A DNA stretch of 64,000 nucleotides, from NCBI GenBank assembly GCA_964594835.1, contig CAZQNA010000003.1, forward strand, positions 32,001-96,000, read 5' to 3'. A program made the translations under genes and the position numbers. The stretch comes from an uncultured Nitrososphaerota archaeon (lineage in GTDB: Archaea; Korarchaeota; Korarchaeia; Korarchaeales; Korarchaeaceae). Below the pieces are notes generated by a model. The model made no database searches. It was not told the origin of the DNA and saw only the letters and a program-made list of their open reading frames with translations. Below are positions 46,355-56,060 of this stretch, piece after piece (within the stretch, counting starts at the first letter, position 1; each line of letters opens with the position of its first letter).

Positions 46355-47290
46355 TCAGCAGCGGAGTTCGCCGAGCCAGGACCTCACGTCGTCCCAGGTG
46401 GGCATCGCCACGCTGGACCCCCTCCTCTGGACCTTGAGCCCGGCGACGACGTTGGCCAGCCTGCACGAATCCCTGAGAGCCATCCCCCGAGCGAGGCCCG
46501 CGGCCAGCCCGGCGGCGAACGCGTCCCCGGCGCCGGTCGAGTCGACGACCCTCACCCGGAGAGCCGGGATGACCTCCCCGGTCGGGAGCCGGCACCCCCC
46601 CTCTCCCAGCTTTATCACAGACTTCGAGGACGCCTTCTCCCACAGCCCAACCTGCCTGAGGGCTTCAACCTCCGAGAGGTTCGGCAGGACGAGGTCGCTG
46701 GCGTCCAGCGCCTCCGAGAGCGCGTCCCTGGGGATCGTCCGCACGAGCGGGGAGGGGTCGAACATCACCAACCCGCCCGCCGAGCCGACCTCTGAGGCCA
46801 TCTCCAGGACGGCGCCCCTCTGCTCCTCCGGCAGGAGGGAGTATCCGGCGAAGTGAAAGACCCTCGCACGCCTCACCAGGCCCCAAGGCACATCCGAAAT
46901 TGAGACCTCGCACCCGCGGGGGAGGTGGGAGACCATGGTCCTCTCACCACGGCCGTCCACCAGAGACGCGACCACCCCGGTGGTCCCACACGAGCTGGAG
47001 GTCATCAGCCCGCTGGTGTCCACCCCCTCCCGCCCGAGGAAGTCGAGGATCGTCAGCCCCGCCGGGTCCCGCGCCACCTTGCCCACGACCGCGGAGGGCT
47101 GGCCCAGCCGGGAGGCGGCGACGGTGAAGTTGACCGACGCCCCTCCCGGAGAGATCAGGGCTTCCCCCGCCCTGACGTCCCCTCCGGGCGGGGGGAGCGA
47201 CTCCAGGTAGAAGATAACGTCCAGCATCACGTCGCAGGCTGACAGCAGCGGCCCCTTATCGAGCAACCCGCGGACCCCCCGCCGGCACAC
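46355..47290 (-). CDS. PfkB/ribokinase-family carbohydrate kinase
   Basis: PGGASVN, GERTM, FDP, PNLSE, KLGEGG, VVDSTGAGDAF. Confidence 0.92.
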   Translation of the reverse strand: MCRRGVRGLLDKGPLLSACDVMLDVIFYLESLPPPGGDVRAGEALISPGGASVNFTVAASRLGQPSAVVGKVARDPAGLTILDFLGREGVDTSGLMTSSSCGTTGVVASLVDGRGERTMVSHLPRGCEVSISDVPWGLVRRARVFHFAGYSLLPEEQRGAVLEMASEVGSAGGLVMFDPSPLVRTIPRDALSEALDASDLVLPNLSEVEALRQVGLWEKASSKSVIKLGEGGCRLPTGEVIPALRVRVVDSTGAGDAFAAGLAAGLARGMALRDSCRLANVVAGLKVQRRGSSVAMPTWDDVRSWLGELRC

Positions 47291-47470
47291 GTTAAGACGG
47301 CAGCCCCGGCGTCGACTAAATACATAAAATGTTGTTGCCAGCGAGGATCAATGCAATTTACACATGATACGCGGGCGCGACCGCGCGAATGTGAATGGTT
47401 AACGGCGAATACCCTCAAACGACCTGAAACGCTTATATTCCCCGCTGCCCCGCGCGCTCCTAGGGTGAAA

Positions 47471-47728
47471 ATGATGGGCCTCCCGGCCTACCTGGCGGGA
47501 ATAATCGCGCAGATAGTCGGTTGGATGCCGAGCATCATTAAGGCCGCAGCGATCCTGATAATCGGCTGGGCGGCGGGCAGGGTGTTCGGCAAGGCCGTCT
47601 CCCTCGCCCTAGACAAGATAGGAGTGGACGACGCGCTGAGGCAGACTAGCGTGGGAAAGGCCATAGAGGCCCGGGCGAAGATAAGCCTGGTCTCTGTCTT
47701 CGACGTGATAGCCAGGTGGTTCGTCTGA
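47471..47728 (+). pseudogene. Truncated MscS/CmpX-type TM-helix protein
   Basis: PSIIKAAAILIIGWAAGR...KIGVDDAL...IARWFV* stops mid TM-helix repeat, followed by an AT-rich non-coding segment. Confidence 0.6.
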
Positions 47729-48141
47729 CCAATGTTGTCCGTTAGTGAAACTAATCGGGCTGATTATGGCCACTCTCGGTGTTTTTTATAACATCATCTC
47801 CTGATATCAACATCAGTGTAAAAATGCCTGAAGAAAGATTTATATTCGCCACGCATCACCTTCTAAACGGGGCGAAAGCCCCGGGGGGTGGGAGGGATGA
47901 GGGTGGGAGGCCCTGTAGAGGGCTGAGCACTCTTCTCCCTTCCGCCTCCTTATCTCGCTGACCCTCTTTTGGTCATGTGGGGAGGCGGCCTCTGCGTTGA
48001 CGGTTGACTCCAGGGCCCGCCGGCGCCTGTCCTCGATAAGTGTGCGAAATATTTCCAGTAACTCCCCCGTATCCCAGTTAACTGACGACATGCGCCCTCC
48101 GCCGGCGCGATGATTATATTTTTCACCTGTAAAATATACCC

Positions 48142-50730
48142 GTGGGCAGGTGCTCACGGTGCGGTCGGGAGTTCCCCGACTACCTGCTCAGGGTTGAGAG
48201 CGGCGAGATCCTGTGCATCTGGTGCGCCCTCGAGGAACTGGAGAGCAGAGTTGAGAGGCTTGAGGCCCTGGTCGAGGTCTCGAAGAAGCTAGCCGAGCTG
48301 CCAGAGGAGGCCCCCGTCGAGGAGACGCCCCCACCCGTCGCAGTCGAGGCCGAGCGCGAGGAGGCCTCCGAGGTATCCTCTGAGGTCGTGCCGGTGAGCC
48401 TGGAGGTCAAGATAGGGAGGGAGTGGTTCCTCAGGGCCGGAGTGATCCTGGTGGTGGCGGCGCTGGCCTACCTCTACGAGCACGTGGTCCTCTCGAGGCT
48501 GGGCCCGTGGGGCTACGTGGGGACCGGCGTGGCCGCTGGGGTGGCCGTCGCGGCGGTCGGAGAGTTCTGGGCCCCCAAGACCTCTGGCGCCCTCTCTAGG
48601 TTCATGAGGGTCATGATAGCCCTGGGGGGACTTTCCACGGTCGTCAGCCTGTGGGCCATGGCCTCGTACTTCCGGCTGACCGGCCCCGAGCCCTTCGTCC
48701 TCCTGTCGCTGGCGACCTCGACGTACCTGGCCTGGGCGTTCAGGAGACACGGAACCTGGGAGATCCTCGCGTCGTCCCTGACCTCCGGCTACGCGGTGTA
48801 TCTCTACGCCGCCTCGCTCCTCCTGCCGCGTTGGATCCCGACGCTCGCGCACGCGATCACATCGGCCGCCGGTCTTTCCTGCTCGTTTGACAGGGAGGAA
48901 GATCTCCCCGCGGCGGCGACGGCCGTGGGAGCCCTCTCGGCCTCAGCCCTCGCCGCCGTTGTGGGCTGGGGGTCGCCCTGGGAGATGGTCGTCGCGGCGG
49001 CGGTGCCGCCGATCCTCTTCTACACCTCCAGGTCCCCGGTGGTCCCGTGGCTCGCGACGCTGACCCCGCCCGCGGCCTCCGCCGCGGCCCACATGTTTGG
49101 GTCGCCGTGGCACTCCCTCCTGTTCGTGCCCGCCTTCATCGCCACCCTTCCGGCGGCCAGGGGGGGACAGAGGGGCCTCCTGGCTGCCATCGCTGCATCC
49201 GGCTCGCTGTCCCAGGTGGCCTACCTCCTGGCCTGGGCTGGCCGGGTCGACCTGAGGGCGCCCCTGAGCGGCGTCCCCCTGATGGCATTCTTGGCCGCCT
49301 TGACCGTCGAAGGCGAAGGAGGCGGCAGGGAATCTCTCGTCCCCCCGGCGCTGGGCCTCATGGTAGCGTCTGTCGAGTGCCTGCTGATCGACTGGGGCCC
49401 GGGCGCCGTGCTCGGAACCTCCGCCTTGCTCGCATTCGGCGTCGCCTCCCACCTCAGGCGAGGGGTCGTCGCGCCCGCGTCCGTCCTGGGTCCGCTCGTC
49501 CTCGCGTCTCTCTCCCTGGCTGGCGCGCCGGCATTACCCCTCTGGCTCACCTACTGGATCTACGCCGGCGCGGCGCTCACGGCGGCCTGGAGGTGGGCGG
49601 GAGGGGGTGAGGCGGCCGGTGGAGCCCCAGACTTCTTCCCCGCGATCCCCCTGGTGCCCGGGCAGCTGGCCCTGCTCGCCCTGCCTGCCGGGTCCCCGGT
49701 CGAGGTAGTCGCCCGACTGGCGTTCCTCTCCGCCCTGCTGGCCTACTCCGCGCTCTCCAAGTTCAGGCTGGCCGCGAAGGGTACTGGGTACACGGCCAGC
49801 ATCCTCGTCACATACGTCACCCTGAGCCTCATGTCGCGGGAAGGGTGGGGAGGCCTCTGGGCGACCTTGGTGCCGGCCTGGGGCACGTTCCTGTTCTCGC
49901 TCCTGATGTGGTGGAGGTTCGGCGACGTGGACGCCGCCTGGTCCCAGGTGGGCATCCCGGTGGCGGTCCTCCCGGCCTACAGGAGCCCGATGTTCTTCGG
50001 CCCCCGGGTCCCAGCCTCGCCGGGTGAGGCCGCGACCGCGGCGCTGCTCCTGGTCTCGGCGTCCCTGGCCGCGGCCGCTGAGGCCCGAGATGAGCCCTCG
50101 CTGCGGCCCATATCCGCCGTCACGATCCTCCCCATTGCGTTCAGCGCCTCCTACGGCTGGTCCGAGACGGTCCACTCAGCCTTCGCCGGCGCGGCCCTGG
50201 CATGCTCCCTGGCCTACGCCGCCTCGGCGCTCGCGAGTCGGGAGAGGGGAGAGCTGGCCATCTACCTCCTCTCCACATACCTGGCGTTCGACCTCCTCGC
50301 CTTCTCGACCGGTCTGCCGGACTGGACCGTGCCAACCGTCCCGCTGCTGGGGGCGGCCGCGTCCTACGCGGACTTCAGGGCCCGAGGGTCCGGCACGTGC
50401 GACGTCCTCCTAGCTGTGGGATCTCTCACGTCCGCAGGCTCAGCCCTGGCGGTATTTGGAGGCGGCCCGGCCGCCTCGGCGTTCCTCGCGGCATCTGGCG
50501 CTGGAGCGGTGGCGCTCGGTATCCCCGAGCGCTCAAGGATAGCCAGAGTGTCCGGGCTCGCCCTGCTCATCGCGGGCATCCTCAAGGCCCTGGTCCACGA
50601 TCTGGTTGAGCTCGGCCTCCTCTCGAGGGGGCTGAGCCTCCTGGCGGTGGGCGCCGCCCTCATAGGAATCTCGTACCTGTACGCCAGGTATCAGGACGTC
50701 ATCCTAGGCGAGGGATCGCGGAGCCGCTGA
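48142..50730 (+). CDS. DUF2339-like polytopic membrane protein with N-terminal Zn ribbon and coiled coil
   Basis: CSRC...CIWC, LEELESRVERLEAL, LEVKIGREWFLRAGV, many TM helices, C-terminal LKALVHDL...SRGLSLLAVGAALIGISYLY. Confidence 0.75.
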   Translation: MGRCSRCGREFPDYLLRVESGEILCIWCALEELESRVERLEALVEVSKKLAELPEEAPVEETPPPVAVEAEREEASEVSSEVVPVSLEVKIGREWFLRAGVILVVAALAYLYEHVVLSRLGPWGYVGTGVAAGVAVAAVGEFWAPKTSGALSRFMRVMIALGGLSTVVSLWAMASYFRLTGPEPFVLLSLATSTYLAWAFRRHGTWEILASSLTSGYAVYLYAASLLLPRWIPTLAHAITSAAGLSCSFDREEDLPAAATAVGALSASALAAVVGWGSPWEMVVAAAVPPILFYTSRSPVVPWLATLTPPAASAAAHMFGSPWHSLLFVPAFIATLPAARGGQRGLLAAIAASGSLSQVAYLLAWAGRVDLRAPLSGVPLMAFLAALTVEGEGGGRESLVPPALGLMVASVECLLIDWGPGAVLGTSALLAFGVASHLRRGVVAPASVLGPLVLASLSLAGAPALPLWLTYWIYAGAALTAAWRWAGGGEAAGGAPDFFPAIPLVPGQLALLALPAGSPVEVVARLAFLSALLAYSALSKFRLAAKGTGYTASILVTYVTLSLMSREGWGGLWATLVPAWGTFLFSLLMWWRFGDVDAAWSQVGIPVAVLPAYRSPMFFGPRVPASPGEAATAALLLVSASLAAAAEARDEPSLRPISAVTILPIAFSASYGWSETVHSAFAGAALACSLAYAASALASRERGELAIYLLSTYLAFDLLAFSTGLPDWTVPTVPLLGAAASYADFRARGSGTCDVLLAVGSLTSAGSALAVFGGGPAASAFLAASGAGAVALGIPERSRIARVSGLALLIAGILKALVHDLVELGLLSRGLSLLAVGAALIGISYLYARYQDVILGEGSRSR

Positions 50731-50850
50731 CTCGGCGGGGGGTAGGGACGGCGAGTTCGTCGGCGCGCTCGACCGGGCGCAGCCTGAGGCCTCGAAGGGA
50801 CCCACCCCTCTGAAGAGTTCTTAAGGCTGGGGGCGACTGGCCAGATTGCG

Positions 50851-51291
50851 TTGAGGTCGCCCCTGGTGAGCCCGGAAGGCAGGCTGTCCCTCCTCCAAGA
50901 GCTCAGGAGGAGGGGGTTCTACGTCAGGATGCACGCCTACGAGTACCTCGTCGCGGATCGGACGGGCTTCCTAGCGATCCTCTTGCTGGAGCCCTCTGCC
51001 GGGTCGGCCACCGTGGTGGATCTGAGGGGATCCAAGGGGGAGATCAGCGCGATCGTCGACTCAGTCCTCGCGGTGGATCCCCAGATCTCGATTAGGATGA
51101 GGAGGCCGGGGGGGCACCTGACCGCTATTGACCGTCGGCGGGTCGATGCGACGGCCCTCCGGGCCGGGAGGCAACCCTCGACCGTACCGAACTGCGGCAA
51201 GCGCGGGGGGCTGTGGGGCGGTCCAAAGATCGGCAAAAACCCCGGTTATCCCTCCCGTGGTGTGACTCTTTCACGCCGCCCGCCGACCTAA
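50851..51291 (+). CDS. Hypothetical protein
   Basis: First about 85 codons look protein-like with typical codon use; TTAAG box upstream; 3' part doubtful. Confidence 0.45.
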   Translation: MRSPLVSPEGRLSLLQELRRRGFYVRMHAYEYLVADRTGFLAILLLEPSAGSATVVDLRGSKGEISAIVDSVLAVDPQISIRMRRPGGHLTAIDRRRVDATALRAGRQPSTVPNCGKRGGLWGGPKIGKNPGYPSRGVTLSRRPPT

Positions 51292-51359
51292 CGGCAGGCC
51301 TCACAGCCGCTGGCGGTCGAAAGATAACCCGTCGGCCGCGCGCGCTGGCCGGGAATAGA

Positions 51360-51376
51360 TTACCCATAGTGGGTAA
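51360..51376. promoter_or_regulatory. Palindromic operator TTACC-N7-GGTAA upstream of the ABC importer operon
   Basis: TTACCCATAGTGGGTAA, 53 nt upstream of TTTATATT (51430-51437); same motif at 63372-63388. Confidence 0.7.
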
Positions 51377-51484
51377 AAAGGGATGATTTTGGATTAAATT
51401 TTTCTAACTAGTTGCGTGACGGGAGCAGGTTTATATTGTATTTGTTCGGCAAAAGGTTACCACACCATAGGCAAAGGTGGTCGT

Positions 51485-53101
51485 ATGTCCGAGACCCCCC
51501 GACGGAACTTCTTGAAGGTGGCCGGAGCGGCCGTCGTGGCCGCCGCCCTGGGCGTCATAGGGTATAAGGTGGCCAAGAAGCCGTCCCCCACACCCACCCC
51601 CACCACCCAGCCGCCCTCAACCACCGCGGCCCCTACCACCGCCCCGCCAGCCAAGGAGAAGGTCCTCATCTTCGGGCTGAAGGAGGACGTGGTGACCCTC
51701 GACCCGGCCATGCACAGGAAGAGGGTCACCGAGAGCGTGATCCAGCAGTATGCCGAGCCGCTGTTCTGGAGGACCAACGACATGCGGGTCATCCCGCACC
51801 TGCTTGAGTCCTACGAGTTCGTCGACGACCTGACCTGGAGGCTGAGGCTGAGGAAGGGGATCAAGTTCCACGACGGGACCGAGCTGAAGGCGGAGGACGT
51901 GAAGTTCACCCTGGAGAGGATACTCGACCCCAACCAGAACTCCCCCAGGGCCAGCATGATCGACGAGATTGACACCATCACGATAATCGACGACTACACC
52001 CTGGAGATCAAGACCAAGTACCCGAGCGGCCCGCTGATGGTGGACCTCACGTACCAGGAGATCCTGCCCAAGCACGCCGTCGAGGCGCAGGGGGAGGACT
52101 TCTTCAAGAACCCGTTCAGCACGGGCCCGTTCAAGTTCGTGGAGTGGGTGCCCGGAGAGAGGATAGTGTTCGAGAAGAACCCCGACTACTGGGGCGGTCC
52201 GGCTGAGGTGCCGCCGGTCGGCCCGCCGAAGGTCGACAAGCTGATCTTCAAGATCATACCAGACTCCGCCACCCGAATGCAGGCCCTCAAGGCCGGAGAG
52301 ATCCACATCTCCTACGGGTTCACCGCCGACCAGGCCGAGGAGATGGCGAGGGACCCGAACCTGGTCGTCGAGAAGGTCAGGGCGGCCAGGTCCGTCTTCG
52401 TGTTCCTGAACACCCACAAGGCGCCCTTCAGCGACAAGAGGGTCCGGCACGCCCTCAACATGGCCGTTGACGTCGACTCCATCATCCAGAACGTGCTGAA
52501 GGGATACGGGCGCAGGATAGCGTGCATGTCCTTCCCGGGCGTCCTGGGGCACGACCCGAACCTGGAGCCCTTCCCGTACGACCCCGACAGGGCGAAGCAG
52601 CTGCTGGCCGAGGCCGGCTACCCGGACGGCTTCGACGCCGTCATGATGTACGACGAGGAGTGGAGGAAGGACCAGGCCGAGGCCATCGCCTACTACCTGG
52701 GGCAGGTCGGCGTCAACGTCACAATCCAGCTGATGGACTGGGGCACCATCAAGAACGAGTACCTCCTCAAGGCCAAGGGAGACATGTACTTCGGCTCCTG
52801 GGGATGCGGCGAGCTGGAGCTCTACGGGAACGTGAACTCCACCTTCGCCAGGGAGGAGAACACCTACGCCTTCCTCTACCACAACGATGATGTCACCAGG
52901 CTGATGAAGGAGGCCCTCGCCACCCTCGACCCGGAGCAGAGGGCCCAGAAGTTCATGGAGCTCGAGAGGATCCTCCAAGAGGACGCTCCCGCCATCTGGC
53001 TGTGGGAGCAGTTCGACCCGTGGGTCTACAGGAAGGAGGTCACCTTCACCCCCAGGACCGACGAGAGGTACAACCTGGTGGACGCCGACATAAGCGTCTA
53101 A
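51485..53101 (+). CDS. dppA: Peptide/opine/nickel-family ABC substrate-binding protein with Tat signal
   Basis: MSETPRRNFLK twin-arginine signal; Pro/Thr linker; TLDP, LRKGIKFHDG, STGPFKF, DKRVRHALNMAVD, YDPDRAKQLLAEAG. Confidence 0.93.
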   Translation: MSETPRRNFLKVAGAAVVAAALGVIGYKVAKKPSPTPTPTTQPPSTTAAPTTAPPAKEKVLIFGLKEDVVTLDPAMHRKRVTESVIQQYAEPLFWRTNDMRVIPHLLESYEFVDDLTWRLRLRKGIKFHDGTELKAEDVKFTLERILDPNQNSPRASMIDEIDTITIIDDYTLEIKTKYPSGPLMVDLTYQEILPKHAVEAQGEDFFKNPFSTGPFKFVEWVPGERIVFEKNPDYWGGPAEVPPVGPPKVDKLIFKIIPDSATRMQALKAGEIHISYGFTADQAEEMARDPNLVVEKVRAARSVFVFLNTHKAPFSDKRVRHALNMAVDVDSIIQNVLKGYGRRIACMSFPGVLGHDPNLEPFPYDPDRAKQLLAEAGYPDGFDAVMMYDEEWRKDQAEAIAYYLGQVGVNVTIQLMDWGTIKNEYLLKAKGDMYFGSWGCGELELYGNVNSTFAREENTYAFLYHNDDVTRLMKEALATLDPEQRAQKFMELERILQEDAPAIWLWEQFDPWVYRKEVTFTPRTDERYNLVDADISV

Positions 53102-53102
53102 A

Positions 53103-53123
53103 CCTTCCCCCCTCTCTTTTTTA
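53103..53123 (+). terminator. Pyrimidine/T tract after the substrate-binding gene (partial terminator)
   Basis: CCTTCCCCCCTCTCTTTTTT directly after the stop codon. Confidence 0.4.
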
Positions 53124-53142
53124 TCCGGGAGCGTGTGTCGCA

Positions 53143-54168
53143 ATGTTAGACCGGGATCTGCTCCGGCTGATCGGACGGCGCATCGTCGGACTAATCCCCG
53201 TGATGTTCGGGATCGCCATAATCGTCTTTCTGGTGTTCAGCTTCGTCCCGGGAGACCCGATCACGATGCTGATAGGCAAGCAGAGCGACGTCAGCGAGGA
53301 GTTCATACAGCAGCTCAGGCACAAGTATGGGCTGGACAGGCCCCTCTACATCCGATTCTTCTACTTCCTCCGCCAGCTGGCCCACGGAGACGTCGGCACA
53401 TCCTACCAGTTCAACAGGCCCGCCCTGGAGGTCGTACTTGAGAGGCTCCCGGCCACGATTGAGCTGGCCATCTTTGCGCTGGCCGTGGCCATCCTGATAG
53501 CCATCCCCGCCGGCATATTCGCCGCCCTGAAGGGAGGGGCGGTGGACAGGGGCATCGTGGGCCTCTCCGTGGTCGGCTTCTCGATGCCCAACTTCTGGAT
53601 AGCCATGCTGCTCATCCTCGTGTTCGGAACCACCCTGAAGGTCCTCCCAATCTCGGGGAGGCTGGACGTCACCCTCGACGTCGAGAGGGTGACGGGCTTC
53701 TACATCCTAGATGGGATATTGGCGGGGGACTGGGAGGTCGTCAGGTCGGCCCTGAGCCACATAATCCTCCCGGCCCTGTCCCTGGGCATCCCGGCGGCCG
53801 CCCTGATAGTCAGGCTCCTGAGGAACAACCTCATCAGCGTCCTGGGGGCCGAGTTCATCAGGGCCGCCAGGGCCAGGGGGCTAAGAGAGAGCGCCGTGAT
53901 ATACAAGCACGCCCTCCGGAACGCCCTGATCCCTACGATCAACATCGTGGCCCTCCAGCTGGGCTTCTTCCTGACCGGCTCCTTCTTCGTCGAGACCGTC
54001 TTCGCCTGGCCCGGGATGGGCCGGCTGGCAGTGGACGCGATCTACGCCAGGGACTACCCGGTGGTGATCGCGGCGGTGATGATATCGGCGCTGTTCTTCG
54101 TCCTCTCAAACCTGCTGGCCGACGTCCTGATCCTGGTGACGGACCCGAGGACGAGGGGGGTGAGGTGA
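53143..54168 (+). CDS. dppB: Peptide ABC transporter permease
   Basis: VPGDP, GLDRPL, LPATIEL, SMPNFW, FIRAARARGL EAA loop, ETVFAWPGMG, DPR; start ATG 53143. Confidence 0.95.
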   Translation: MLDRDLLRLIGRRIVGLIPVMFGIAIIVFLVFSFVPGDPITMLIGKQSDVSEEFIQQLRHKYGLDRPLYIRFFYFLRQLAHGDVGTSYQFNRPALEVVLERLPATIELAIFALAVAILIAIPAGIFAALKGGAVDRGIVGLSVVGFSMPNFWIAMLLILVFGTTLKVLPISGRLDVTLDVERVTGFYILDGILAGDWEVVRSALSHIILPALSLGIPAAALIVRLLRNNLISVLGAEFIRAARARGLRESAVIYKHALRNALIPTINIVALQLGFFLTGSFFVETVFAWPGMGRLAVDAIYARDYPVVIAAVMISALFFVLSNLLADVLILVTDPRTRGVR

Positions 54169-55092
54169 TTGAGCGCGGGCAGGAGGATCGTGACGGTGCG
54201 CGACGACCTCCTGAGGCTCATCAGGGGGCCGACGGTCAGCTACATGAGGAGGGATCCCGGCGCAATAGTGGGGGGCTCAATATTCCTCCTGTTCGTGGTG
54301 TCGGCCCTCTTCGCCGGGTACGTGGCACCGTACGATCCCTACGAGGCAGACCTCGGCAATTCTCTGAGGCCCCCGGTGGGGTTCGGGGGCAGATGGGAGC
54401 ACCCGCTGGGGACGGACGCGATTGGGAGGGACCTGCTCAGCAGGCTGATCTACGGGGCCAGGATCTCTCTGTCCGTGGCGGCGGTCTCCGTGACCCTGGC
54501 CGTCATAGTGGGCGTCTCGCTCGGGGCCCTCTCCGGGTACTTCGGCGGGGTGATAGACGAGGTCCTGATGAGGATCGTCGACTTCTGGCTCAGCTTCCCC
54601 GCAGTGCTGATGGCCATCTCCCTGATGGTGGTCCTGGGCCCAGGCTACTGGAACGTGGTGGCCGCCATGACGCTCACCTCCTGGGTTCCCTTCGCGAGGG
54701 TCGTGAGGGGGGAGTTCCTGACCCTAAGGGAGAGGCCCTTCATCCTGGCCGCGAAGGCGATAGGCGTGGGGAGCGGCCACATAATCTTCAGGGAGGCGCT
54801 TCCCAACACCTTCCCGTCCCTGATAGTCCTCTCGACCTTTCAGCTGGCCAGGAACATAATCTACGAGGCCTCGCTCAGCTTCATCGGGATCGGCGTGAAG
54901 CCGCCCAACCCCTCCTGGGGCCTCATGCTCGGGACCGGGAGGCAGCACATACTGGACGCCTGGTGGATAGCCATGTTCCCCGGGCTCGCGATCACCCTGG
55001 TCGTGCTTGGGATCAACCTACTGGGCGACTCGCTCAGGGACGCGCTGGATCCGACCGTCAAGAAGAAGCTGGGGGTTGTGGAGGTGCAATGA
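54169..55092 (+). CDS. dppC: Peptide ABC transporter permease
   Basis: HPLGTDAIGRD, GARISL, FILAAKAIG, EASLSFIGIG, PSWG, NLLGDSLRDALDP. Confidence 0.95.
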   Translation: MSAGRRIVTVRDDLLRLIRGPTVSYMRRDPGAIVGGSIFLLFVVSALFAGYVAPYDPYEADLGNSLRPPVGFGGRWEHPLGTDAIGRDLLSRLIYGARISLSVAAVSVTLAVIVGVSLGALSGYFGGVIDEVLMRIVDFWLSFPAVLMAISLMVVLGPGYWNVVAAMTLTSWVPFARVVRGEFLTLRERPFILAAKAIGVGSGHIIFREALPNTFPSLIVLSTFQLARNIIYEASLSFIGIGVKPPNPSWGLMLGTGRQHILDAWWIAMFPGLAITLVVLGINLLGDSLRDALDPTVKKKLGVVEVQ

Positions 55093-56060
55093 CGGCGCTA
55101 CTCTCGCTCCGGGACGTGACCAAGTACTTCGAGATCAAGAGGGGGATGTTCGAGAGGAGAGTCGTCAAGGCCGTCGACGGGGTCAGCTTCGACGTGGAGG
55201 AGGGTCAGACAGTCGGCCTGGTCGGGGAGAGCGGGTCAGGCAAGTCGACCCTCGCCCTGACGGTCCTGAGGCTGTACGAGCCGACGGGAGGGCAGGCATT
55301 CTTCGAGGGGGAGGACCTCTTCAGCCTCAGGGGTCGGGAACTCACCAGGCTGAGGAGGAAAATGGGGATCGTGTTCCAAGACCCCTACCTCTCCCTGAAC
55401 CCCGTGAAGAGGGTAAGGGACATCGTGGGCCTCCCGCTGAAGGTCCACGCCCCGGACCTGAGCTTCGAGGAGAGGGAGGCCAGGATAAGGGAGATGCTGG
55501 AGCAGGTGGGCCTGAAGGCGTCTGACATCGAGAGGTTCCCGCACGAGTTCAGCGGCGGGCAGAGACAGAGGATAGCCATAGCCAGAGCCCTGATAGTCAG
55601 GCCCAAGTTCCTCATCCTGGACGAGCCCACGTCGGCCCTGGACCTCTCCGTGCAGGCGAAGATACTCAACCTGCTGCTGGACCTGCAGAGGGAGTTCAGG
55701 CTGACCTACCTTTTCATAACCCACGACATGAACGTGATCAAGCACATCTCCGACAGGATCAACGTGATGTACCTCGGCAAGCTCGTGGAGTCCGCCGAGA
55801 CCGAGGAACTCTTCGAGAGACCGCTCCACCCGTACACCCAGGCCCTCCTGTCGTCTGTCCCGACCCTGGACCCCAGGCGGAGGGGCAGGAAGAGGATACT
55901 GCTCAGGGGGGACCCGCCGGACCCGGCCAACCCGCCCTCGGGGTGCAGGTTCTCCAGCAGGTGCCCGCTGGCCGAAGAGATCTGCAGGCGGGAGGAGACC
56001 CCGCTGGTCGAGGTGGAGCCCGGCCACTGGGTGGCCTGCCACAGGGTGGGGGGTGGCTGA
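55089..56060 (+). CDS. dppF: Peptide ABC transporter ATP-binding subunit
   Basis: Start ATG 55089; GESGSGKST, FQDP, FSGGQRQR, LDEPTSALD, HPYT, PPSGCRF...CP...C...VACH. Confidence 0.95.
   Translation: MTALLSLRDVTKYFEIKRGMFERRVVKAVDGVSFDVEEGQTVGLVGESGSGKSTLALTVLRLYEPTGGQAFFEGEDLFSLRGRELTRLRRKMGIVFQDPYLSLNPVKRVRDIVGLPLKVHAPDLSFEEREARIREMLEQVGLKASDIERFPHEFSGGQRQRIAIARALIVRPKFLILDEPTSALDLSVQAKILNLLLDLQREFRLTYLFITHDMNVIKHISDRINVMYLGKLVESAETEELFERPLHPYTQALLSSVPTLDPRRRGRKRILLRGDPPDPANPPSGCRFSSRCPLAEEICRREETPLVEVEPGHWVACHRVGGG

Noticed and set aside
51120-51330. Possible structured ncRNA (GTCGGCGGG/CCCGCCGAC, GGCTGTGGGGC/GCCTCACAGCC, GGTTATC/GATAACC pairings)
   Set aside because: Complementary 7-11-mers are near chance level at this GC content, several helices cross each other, and no known RNA family motif is recognisable; would need covariance evidence
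51351-51365. Methanococcus-type NrpR operator GGAA-N6-TTCC
   Set aside because: GGAATAGATTACC does not fit that consensus; the overlapping TTACC-N7-GGTAA palindrome explains the site better
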